From Fibrobacteria bacterium (GTDB lineage: Bacteria; Fibrobacterota; Fibrobacteria; UBA11236), in NCBI GenBank assembly GCA_043745805.1, contig JAYTSD010000020.1:96001-160000 (forward strand): DNA of 64,000 nucleotides, read 5' to 3'. Numbering within the stretch: the stretch's first letter is position 1; the number at the start of each line of letters is the position of its first letter. Shown here in pieces: positions 56,159 through 64,000 of this stretch. A program made the position numbers and the translations under genes. The notes beneath the pieces were generated by a model that saw only the letters and a list, made by a program, of their open reading frames with translations, ran no database searches and was not told the origin of the DNA.

Positions 56159-59101
56159 ATGCAAGAAACACTTTATCTCATCGACAGTTCGGCTGTGGCC
56201 TTCCGTTCTTTTTATGCTTTTATCAATCGCCCTTTAGTCAATTCCAAAGGCCGTGAAACTTCGGTGATATTTGGTTTTGCGTCACATATATTGCGTTTGA
56301 TTAATGAATGTCATCCTACTCATATTGCCATTGTACAAGACTTACCCAAAAAAACTTTTCGTCATCATATGTATCAAGAATACAAGGCGCATCGCAAACC
56401 CATTCCCGAAAATCTGATTACGCAATTACCGGATGTAAATGAATTTGTTGAGCTCTCAGGATTACATTGTATTTCCAAAGAAGGATTTGAAGCCGATGAT
56501 GTGATTGGGACTTTAGCCTTACAAGGCAAACGTGCAGGCATGAAAGTATTTATTGTCAGTCGCGATAAAGATTTAATGCAATTGGTGGATGATGATATTT
56601 TAATGTTTGATCTAGGTTCTGCTGGCGAAGCCTCCACTACTATGGGTGTCGCGGAAGTCAAAGAAAAAATGGGAGTACCACCAAAGCAAATCGTTGATTT
56701 ATTAGCCCTCATAGGCGATGCTTCGGATAATGTTCCGGGCGTGGCTAAAATAGGCCCCAAAACCGCTGCTGATTTGTTGGCCACTTATGGTAACTTAGAG
56801 AATACCTATAAAAATGCTGAAAGCATTAGCAAAAAGGGCTTACGCGAGAATTTGCTTAAAGATAAAGAGATGGCCTTCCTTTCGCAAAAACTGGTTACCT
56901 TGGATTGCGATATCGTTTTGCCCGTAGGCCTGGAAAATTTTCGTTATCAAGGCTTGGATCTCAAAGCTATTAATACTTTTGTAGAAAATTTAGAACTGCA
57001 TTCTTTACGTAAATTTATTCCCAAAGAGAATACGGTCACTTCGACAGGCTCAGTTTCCGCAGGTGTAAGCTCAGTGAATGTAGTGGCCGCAGTATCTGGA
57101 GGTGGGCGCTCTACATCCAGGGGATCAGCAGTTGCAGGGAACCCTTCTTTACTTGATGATTCGATGATCGGTACTGTTCCTTCGACAAGCTCAATGTCTT
57201 CGGTGTCTGGTAAGGGTGACTCGGTAGTCACTGAGTCTGTCGAAGTGACGGAAGTGACCGAAGCAGCAGCCAAAGCGAATCGCTCTCACTTGCACTATCA
57301 ATTAGCGTATGGTGAAGAAGCACTTGATAAGCTATTTCAAGAATTGCGTAAAGCCGACATCATTGCGCTCGATACCGAAACTACGGGTCTTGATACTAAT
57401 ACCGCAGGCTTGGTGGGTATTTGTCTTTCCACGCAAAGTCATACCGGCTGGTATATTCCGATAGGACATCATGCAGGTCCAAATTTGAGTCTGGAGGAGG
57501 CGCGCAAATTTTTAAGCCCGATTTTCCATGACGCAAACAAAAAATTTATTTTCCACAATGCCAAATATGATATTCCTATTTTAGAGCGTCATGATTTTTT
57601 ACCATCCTGTTTATTTTTAGGCGGAAATTTAATCGATACCATGGTGGCGACTTATGTATGTAATCCGGGTACGCGCCGCTTATCGCTCGATGATTTAGCG
57701 ATGGATCATTTTCAACATGCCATGATTCCTATTGAGGTGTTAATTGGCAAAGGAAAAAATCAAAAAAGCTTTGCCGAAGTGCCGGTGGATAAAGCCTGTG
57801 AATATGGTGCGGAAGATGCCGACATTACTTTTCGCTTATGGGAAATTTTCTCCAAAGAATTAACCGAGAAAAATTTAAGCCAACTTTTTTTCACCATGGA
57901 AATGACTTTGCTGCCAGTATTATTGCGCATGGAAGGTCGCGGAATAACTTTAGATGTTAATGTCTTAAAAACTCTTTCTGAACAATTAAAACTGGAAATC
58001 GCGCGCCTCGAAAATGAAATCTTTACTTTAGCCGGACAAATTTTTAATGTCAGTTCGCCTTTGCAATTGCAAGAAATTCTTTTTGCAAAACTCGGATTAA
58101 AAACTGGTAAAAAAACCAAAACGGGCTATTCCACTGATGCCGACGTATTGGGTAAATTAGAAGGGAAGCATCCCATTATTAGTTTGCTTTTGGATCATCG
58201 TGAATGCACCAAGCTACGTAGCACTTATGTAGAGGCTTTGCCGGAAATTGCCGATCCCGTAACACACAAAATCCACACACATTATTCCCAAGTGATTGCT
58301 GCCACCGGACGCTTATCCAGCATTAATCCCAATTTGCAAAATATTCCCATCCGCACCGAAACAGGCCGGAAAATTCGCGGTTGCTTTGTGCCGTCATCGC
58401 CTGATCACGTTTTATTATGTGCCGATTATTCGCAAATTGAATTGCGCCTGCTTGCGCATTTGAGTGGCGACCCCGCACTTTGCGAAGCTTATCAAAAGGG
58501 TTTGGATATTCATAGTCGCACGGCTTCCATTCTCTATAAAATCCCCGAAGATCAAGTGACATCCGATATGCGACGCAATGCCAAGGTGGTTAATTTTGGC
58601 GTACTTTATGGCATGGGACCACAACGCTTATCCGCGCAACTCAAAATCCCGCGTGCGGAAGCGCAACAATTTATCGCTAATTATTTCAGTACTTATGCTT
58701 CCGTGGACCGTTACATACAAGATACCATAGAAAGTGGTCGCCGTTTGGGTTATGTGGAAACCCTAGCGGGGCGCAAAAGGTTTTTACCCGATTTAATGTC
58801 CGATAATCGAATGTTGAAAGAAAATGCGGAACGCATTGCTGCGAATACGCCAATTCAAGGCAGCGCAGCAGATCTAATCAAAATTGCCATGATTAGCATT
58901 GATAAAAAAATAGCCGCTAAAGGTTGGGATTGTGCCATGCTTTTGCAGGTACATGATGAATTGGTATTTGAAGTACATACTCGCGATGTGGCTGCTGCTT
59001 CGGAATTTATTCGCGAGGAAATGATAAATGCCATGCAATTGCGAGTGCCTTTAACCGTGGAAATCGGCACCGGCTTGACTTGGCTATCAGCTCACTCCTA
59101 A
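56159..59101 (+). CDS. polA: DNA polymerase I
   Basis: 5'-3' exonuclease (LIDSS, EADDVIG, GDASDNVPG), 3'-5' exonuclease (DTETT, HNAKYD) and polymerase motifs (TGRLSS, DYSQIELR, KVVNFGVLYG, QVHDE). Confidence 0.98.
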   Translation: MQETLYLIDSSAVAFRSFYAFINRPLVNSKGRETSVIFGFASHILRLINECHPTHIAIVQDLPKKTFRHHMYQEYKAHRKPIPENLITQLPDVNEFVELSGLHCISKEGFEADDVIGTLALQGKRAGMKVFIVSRDKDLMQLVDDDILMFDLGSAGEASTTMGVAEVKEKMGVPPKQIVDLLALIGDASDNVPGVAKIGPKTAADLLATYGNLENTYKNAESISKKGLRENLLKDKEMAFLSQKLVTLDCDIVLPVGLENFRYQGLDLKAINTFVENLELHSLRKFIPKENTVTSTGSVSAGVSSVNVVAAVSGGGRSTSRGSAVAGNPSLLDDSMIGTVPSTSSMSSVSGKGDSVVTESVEVTEVTEAAAKANRSHLHYQLAYGEEALDKLFQELRKADIIALDTETTGLDTNTAGLVGICLSTQSHTGWYIPIGHHAGPNLSLEEARKFLSPIFHDANKKFIFHNAKYDIPILERHDFLPSCLFLGGNLIDTMVATYVCNPGTRRLSLDDLAMDHFQHAMIPIEVLIGKGKNQKSFAEVPVDKACEYGAEDADITFRLWEIFSKELTEKNLSQLFFTMEMTLLPVLLRMEGRGITLDVNVLKTLSEQLKLEIARLENEIFTLAGQIFNVSSPLQLQEILFAKLGLKTGKKTKTGYSTDADVLGKLEGKHPIISLLLDHRECTKLRSTYVEALPEIADPVTHKIHTHYSQVIAATGRLSSINPNLQNIPIRTETGRKIRGCFVPSSPDHVLLCADYSQIELRLLAHLSGDPALCEAYQKGLDIHSRTASILYKIPEDQVTSDMRRNAKVVNFGVLYGMGPQRLSAQLKIPRAEAQQFIANYFSTYASVDRYIQDTIESGRRLGYVETLAGRKRFLPDLMSDNRMLKENAERIAANTPIQGSAADLIKIAMISIDKKIAAKGWDCAMLLQVHDELVFEVHTRDVAAASEFIREEMINAMQLRVPLTVEIGTGLTWLSAHS

Positions 59102-59116
59102 TGAAGAAAGAAAACT

Positions 59117-59761
59117 ATGGCCAGTAAACTTCTCATTGGTGTAACCGGAAATATTGCGAGCGGGAAATCGAGCGTCGCGCAAATGTTACGCGAAAAGGGT
59201 TGCGCTTTAATCGATGCCGATAAGGTTGCACATGATTTATATCTCAATAATCGACCGTTGGTACAGCAATTGGTATCGGAATTTGGAGCCGAAATACTCG
59301 ATACTTATGGTCGACTCAATCGTACTAAATTAGGTAAAATTGTTTTTGGAAATCTCGAAGCTATGGCCACCTTGAATCGTATTGTACATCCGGTGCTGAC
59401 GGTGGAAATACGCAATCAAATTTGGTCTTCGCTGAAAGTTTTAAATCGTGTAGTGCTCGATGCCGCACTCATTGTGGAATTTGGATTGGCCCAAGATTTT
59501 GATTATTTAATTTTTGTCTCCGCCAATACCGAAACACGTTTGCAACGTTTAATTAGTCGCAATGAACTGAATGAAGAAGACGCCGCCGAACGCATTCGCA
59601 GCCAAATGCCCGAAGAGGGAAAATTACAATATGCAGATTTTGTGTTAAAAAACGAAAGTACTACCGAATATTTATCCGAGCAAGTCGATGCCGTATGGGA
59701 TGAAATTGTGGATCGGGAATTGCGTGATATTCACAGCGATAGACAGCGTCGTGAGCTGTAA
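59117..59761 (+). CDS. coaE: Dephospho-CoA kinase
   Basis: Motifs GVTGNIASGKS, IDAD, IVHP, RIRSQ; follows polA. Confidence 0.95.
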   Translation: MASKLLIGVTGNIASGKSSVAQMLREKGCALIDADKVAHDLYLNNRPLVQQLVSEFGAEILDTYGRLNRTKLGKIVFGNLEAMATLNRIVHPVLTVEIRNQIWSSLKVLNRVVLDAALIVEFGLAQDFDYLIFVSANTETRLQRLISRNELNEEDAAERIRSQMPEEGKLQYADFVLKNESTTEYLSEQVDAVWDEIVDRELRDIHSDRQRREL

Positions 59762-59784
59762 AAATACTTATAAATACTTATACT

Positions 59785-61011
59785 TTGTTCATGGCTATGA
59801 CTGGGGAAAATGCCGATAAGGCCAATACTGCATTAACTGAAAATCAGAATTTAGAACCTGATCGTATTGCGGGTCGTTTTTGGGTGATTACCAAAATGGC
59901 CACCTTCGTTGCGACCTTGGTTTGTTTATTTCTTGATCATAATTTATGGGCCACTATTTTTCTTTCCGCCTCATCTTTTATGGGGTTTTACGCTTCTTTT
60001 AAAATTCGTCATGATGATATTGAAAGACCGCTCACTTTATTTTGGTTGGAGCTCGGCGAAAAACTTTTAGCCAATATTATATTCTTGGTTTTGTTTTTGC
60101 GTTTGGTTTGGGATCCGCATGAATCCTTTCCGCTCATGCTTTTGGTGGGCCTTATCACTATCACGGTGCGAAATATTTTTTATCTCATTTTCTCAATATC
60201 TTTATTGAAAGAACATCGTGCCCTACCGCTCAATAGTATATGGGGTAAAATCACTACACTTTCTTCAAATATCACCATGATTTTATATGTGTGGAATTCG
60301 GAACACTACTCCCGCATTATGATGGTCATCAGTATTATTTTGATTTTCTGCACGAGTATAGGCTATTTGTATTTTTATTATCGCGATGTGGACTCACGTA
60401 AACCTGTATCTGTGGCCACGCAAGTTACCCTTAGTCGCATTATACTTAGCCCCTTTTTCATTTGGGTATTTTTTTACGACAATAATTTGGAATATCAAGA
60501 CAATCATTTAGTATTTAAAATTATCGCGGCCTTAATGGCCATATTTTTTGTAGCGAGTGATGGTCTCGATGGCTATTTGGCACGCAAACGTGGCGAGGTA
60601 ACCAATCTCGGAAAATTCTTGGATCCGTATTCCGATAAAATCTCCAATATGGTAATTTTTCTTTGCTTTCTCGCATCGGGCTATGCGGCGGTGTGGATGG
60701 TGGCAGTAATTCTTTTCCGTGAATCCACCATTGAAACCCTACGTACTTTAGCCGCTGCCGAAGGCGTAATTATCGATGCGCGTAAAAGCGGCAAATGGAA
60801 AACCGCAATTCAAGGAGTGGCGGTAATCACTATTTTAGTTTTAGAAATAGCAGATACTTTAATCAGTAAATACTCGCCCAATCTTGCCTATTGGAAAGAT
60901 ATTTGGAATTATACGCCTTATACTTTGATGACCATTGTTACGATAATCACTTTATTATCGGGCGTAGATTATTTTGTAGCCAATCAAAAGGTATTGAAAA
61001 AATATTTTTAA
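59785..61011 (+). CDS. CDP-alcohol phosphatidyltransferase (PgsA-like) with an extra N-terminal membrane domain
   Basis: C-terminal half has the signature DGLDGYLARKRGEVTNLGKFLDPYSDK, plus RE, GKWKT, SGVDYF. The exact start is uncertain. Confidence 0.85.
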   Translation: MFMAMTGENADKANTALTENQNLEPDRIAGRFWVITKMATFVATLVCLFLDHNLWATIFLSASSFMGFYASFKIRHDDIERPLTLFWLELGEKLLANIIFLVLFLRLVWDPHESFPLMLLVGLITITVRNIFYLIFSISLLKEHRALPLNSIWGKITTLSSNITMILYVWNSEHYSRIMMVISIILIFCTSIGYLYFYYRDVDSRKPVSVATQVTLSRIILSPFFIWVFFYDNNLEYQDNHLVFKIIAALMAIFFVASDGLDGYLARKRGEVTNLGKFLDPYSDKISNMVIFLCFLASGYAAVWMVAVILFRESTIETLRTLAAAEGVIIDARKSGKWKTAIQGVAVITILVLEIADTLISKYSPNLAYWKDIWNYTPYTLMTIVTIITLLSGVDYFVANQKVLKKYF

Positions 61012-61034
61012 GCACAAATTCACATGAGTTTTTT

Positions 61035-61895
61035 ATGAAAATTTCCGTATTAGGTTTAGGTATTATTGGACAAGCTTGGGCACGTAATTTACAAGCCGAT
61101 GGATTAGATATTGTCACTTGGAATAGAACACCCAAAGATTTTCCTGGCTATACTTCCGATTTAGAAAATGCCATTGCCGGCGCTGACCTTATCATTATCG
61201 TGGTAGCCGACCCTCCAGCAGTGGCGGCAATTTTGGATAAGGTAACGCCAAAGTTAATGCCTTCCCAAACTATTATTCAATGCAGTACTATTTCAGCGAT
61301 GTGGACACAAAAATTTGCGCGGCAAGTGGAAGCAACCGGGGCAAAATTTTTAGAAGCTCCTTTCACCGGAAGCAAACCCGCTGCCGAAGCACGCAAAACT
61401 GTTTTTTATATCGGCGGCGATGCGGCCCTCTTAACTAAAGCGCAACCGACCTTACAGCGTTTATCCCAAACCATTTTACATATTGGTCCTTTAGGCAGCG
61501 CCTCCTCATTAAAGCTAGCGATGAATATGAATATCGCCTTAGTCATGCAAGCACTTTCCGAAAGCCTCATGTACGCAAGGCGTGAAGGCATTAGTGATGA
61601 AATATTTTTTCAAGCTTTAGGGGTAAATGTTTCGCGCTCAGGACTTTCCGATTTAAAAGAAACGAAATTAAAAACCGGAGATTTCACCCCGCAATTTTCT
61701 TTGAAGCATATGCACAAAGATTTAAACCTTGTTCTTGAAAGTATTAAGGGCGAGAGCACGAAAAGCGATAGTCCTAATAAGTTTTCACTCCCACAATTAC
61801 AGGCTCTTAAAGCCATTTATGATCAAGGGGTGGAAGCGGGTTTAGGCGATGAGGATTTTAGTGTTTTAATTCAATTACTGCAAAATAAAACCTAA
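61035..61895 (+). CDS. NAD(P)-dependent oxidoreductase, 3-hydroxyisobutyrate dehydrogenase family
   Basis: Motifs GLGIIG, WNRT, EAPFTGSK, LKLAMN, HMHKDL. The real start is ATG 61035. Confidence 0.9.
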   Translation: MKISVLGLGIIGQAWARNLQADGLDIVTWNRTPKDFPGYTSDLENAIAGADLIIIVVADPPAVAAILDKVTPKLMPSQTIIQCSTISAMWTQKFARQVEATGAKFLEAPFTGSKPAAEARKTVFYIGGDAALLTKAQPTLQRLSQTILHIGPLGSASSLKLAMNMNIALVMQALSESLMYARREGISDEIFFQALGVNVSRSGLSDLKETKLKTGDFTPQFSLKHMHKDLNLVLESIKGESTKSDSPNKFSLPQLQALKAIYDQGVEAGLGDEDFSVLIQLLQNKT

Positions 61896-61998
61896 GCAAA
61901 GCAAACCAATCAAAACTTAATGCGCTAAGAAAATTTAGAACACGGCATTTTTAATTTTTATCTTTCCTCTTTTTCTCCCTTTCAGTAAGGAAAATTTT

Positions 61999-62979
61999 AT
62001 GGTCAGTCCATTAATAGTCGGTGTAGGTGCCGCTCTCGTTGATCTACTCATTGAAGAAAATGATGCTTTTTTAAATAGCCTTGATTCACAAAAAGGCGGC
62101 ATGACTTTAGTCGATTTGCCACTCATTGAAAAAGCTCTTACTCAATCCAAAGCCAATGTAAAAAAGGTTCCTGGCGGATCGGCTTGTAATTCCTTAGTGG
62201 GCATTGGTCATTTGGGTGGCCGGTCACGCATGATAGGCCGCTTAGGACAAGATGCTTTAGGTGAAGCCTTTTTAAGCGGCATAGCTAAAGCGGGTGTGGA
62301 AAGTGAAATCACTATTACTACGGCTAATACGGGCCGCGTGCTTTCGGTAGTCACTCCCGATGCACAACGTACCATGTTTACTTATTTAGGCGCCTCGGCT
62401 GAATTGCATCCCGATGATATTTTGGCAAAACATTTTGCGGATGCCGATATTGTTTTACTCGAAGGCTATTTACTTTTTAATCGTCCGGTAGTAGAAAAAA
62501 TTTTGGCCCTAGTGGCCAACTCTCCTGCCAAATTAGCTTTGGATTTAGGGTCCTTTCAAGTGGTGGAATTTTGCCGCCCCTTTTTGGAAGAAATTGTGCG
62601 CGATCATGTGGATATTCTTTTAGCCAATGAAGACGAAGCGAAAGCCTTTACCGGACTTGGAGAACAAGAGTCTTTAGAGTTTTTTAGTAATCAAGTTGAA
62701 TTAGCCGTAGTGAAATTAGGTAAGCGCGGCGTACTTTTATCCCAAGGCAAAAAACGCGCAAATATTGTGGGCGAAGTGGTGAATGCCATTGATACCACGG
62801 GTGCTGGCGATTTATGGGCGGCTGGTTTTCTCTATGGCTTAACCCAAGGTTATGGCTTAGAAAACTCAGCACGTTTGGGTTGCAAAGTTGGTGCCGAGGT
62901 GGTGCAAGTCATGGGAGCCTCCATTCCTGAGGCCGGTTGGCAACGCATTAAGGCCTTTGAGTCACAACTTCAAGCATAA
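61999..62979 (+). CDS. PfkB-family carbohydrate/adenosine kinase
   Basis: Motifs GGSACN, QRTM, ANEDEA, DTTGAGD. Confidence 0.9.
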   Translation: MVSPLIVGVGAALVDLLIEENDAFLNSLDSQKGGMTLVDLPLIEKALTQSKANVKKVPGGSACNSLVGIGHLGGRSRMIGRLGQDALGEAFLSGIAKAGVESEITITTANTGRVLSVVTPDAQRTMFTYLGASAELHPDDILAKHFADADIVLLEGYLLFNRPVVEKILALVANSPAKLALDLGSFQVVEFCRPFLEEIVRDHVDILLANEDEAKAFTGLGEQESLEFFSNQVELAVVKLGKRGVLLSQGKKRANIVGEVVNAIDTTGAGDLWAAGFLYGLTQGYGLENSARLGCKVGAEVVQVMGASIPEAGWQRIKAFESQLQA

Positions 62980-63077
62980 TTGGACAAGACCACAGTTTTC
63001 TAGCTATATTTGGCTATGGCCATTCATTTCCCCGCCATAGCATTTTTTCAAATCCACATTTTTTGGAAGGCTAAATT

Positions 63078-64000
63078 ATGGCCCGTATATTAGAAGATTT
63101 TTCTCGTACCTTTTCCGAATACCTTTTGGTTCCTCGCTTAACCAAGCTTGAGCATACGCCAAAAAATACGGTTTTGCATACGCCTATCAAACGATTTAAA
63201 AAAGGTGAAACTCCTTTGCAATTAAATATTCCCATCGTTTCGGCAGCTATGCAATCGGTTTCGGGTTCAGAAATGGCCATCGCTTTGGCGCGCCAAGGTG
63301 GCCTCACCTTTACTTACTGTTCGCAAAGTATTGAAAGCCAAGCAGCTATGGTAAATAAAGTTAAATCGCATAAAGCCGGTTTTGTACGTAGTGACTCGAA
63401 TGTGAAGCCCTCGGCTACTTTAGCCGAACTCGTAGAAGTGATGAAGCGTACGGGTCACTCCACGGTTCCGGTAACCGACGATGGCACTAATACTGGAAAG
63501 TTGCTCGGCATTATTACCGACAAAGATTTTTGGGAATATGAAGATGATTTATCCTCCTTAGTGCAAGACCATATGACCAAAAGGGAAAATGTGATTTTCG
63601 GCAATGTGGGTGTGGCTTTAAAAGAAGCGAATCGACTTTTGTATAAACATAAAAAAGAATGTTTGCCGATTTTGGAAGCGAATGGAAATTTAAATTCCTT
63701 AGTTTTCAAAAAAGATTTTGTCGATCATCAAAATAATCCCAATGAATTATTAGATGCACAAAAACGTTTCATGGTGGGCGCAGCGATTAATACTCATGAT
63801 TTTAAAGAACGTGTTCCTGCCCTCATAGAAGCAGGCGTAGATGTTCTTTGCTTTGATTCTTCGGATGGGTATTCGGAATTTCAAAAAGACTCGGCCTTAT
63901 GGGTACGGGAAAAATATGGAGATAAAGTGATACTCGGCGGCGGCAATATCGTTTCTGCCGAAGGTTTCCGCTATTTAGTAGAAGAAGCGAAACTCGATTT
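63078..64000 (+). CDS. guaB: IMP dehydrogenase (partial; runs off the window end)
   Basis: Manual translation MARILEDFSRTFSEYLLVP..NIPIVSAAMQSVS..ARQGG, then CBS domains and VGAAINT..FDSSDG. Confidence 0.93.
   Translation, partial: MARILEDFSRTFSEYLLVPRLTKLEHTPKNTVLHTPIKRFKKGETPLQLNIPIVSAAMQSVSGSEMAIALARQGGLTFTYCSQSIESQAAMVNKVKSHKAGFVRSDSNVKPSATLAELVEVMKRTGHSTVPVTDDGTNTGKLLGIITDKDFWEYEDDLSSLVQDHMTKRENVIFGNVGVALKEANRLLYKHKKECLPILEANGNLNSLVFKKDFVDHQNNPNELLDAQKRFMVGAAINTHDFKERVPALIEAGVDVLCFDSSDGYSEFQKDSALWVREKYGDKVILGGGNIVSAEGFRYLVEEAKLD

Noticed and set aside
60891-61034. N-terminal 48 aa of ORF 60891..61895
   Set aside because: It overlaps the PgsA-like gene; the Rossmann fold starts at ATG 61035.

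Overview
AT-rich bacterial chromosomal window, probably FCB group (Fibrobacterota-like). This is inferred from a T9SS-style C-terminal tail, a Bacteroidota-type PEP carboxylase and many D-S-hydrophobic motifs in exported proteins. Most of it is housekeeping and transport: ppc, tRNA-Leu(CAG), argH, a Yej/Opp peptide ABC operon, motAB, pit/DUF47, a sugar ABC operon, a corrinoid uptake/salvage operon (BtuFCD-like, cbiZ, cbiB), polA, coaE, a PgsA-like gene and a partial guaB. Two accessory regions stand out. (1) 24.7-29.1 kb is a co-oriented cluster with a candidate ECF promoter, a heptad-repeat secreted protein, ECF sigma/anti-sigma, a Spy/CpxP-like protein, an outer-membrane barrel, an ADYC-domain protein and a 100-aa secreted protein made of 12 (hydrophobic-x-x-N/Q-G) pentapeptides. 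This is the best candidate for an undescribed system. (2) 36.9-39.9 kb is an island with a REP-associated tyrosine transposase carrying its own REP in frame, a truncated SIR2-like gene, a small Cys/His protein and an AlbA/HATPase/HTH gene with an 11-bp tandem repeat. Also seen: related GTAG-type REPs elsewhere, twin palindromic operators ahead of an AAA+/DUF4143 gene, an uncalled 51-aa membrane gene, and three genes that appear to start at ATT. All family calls come from motif recognition by eye; no searches were run.
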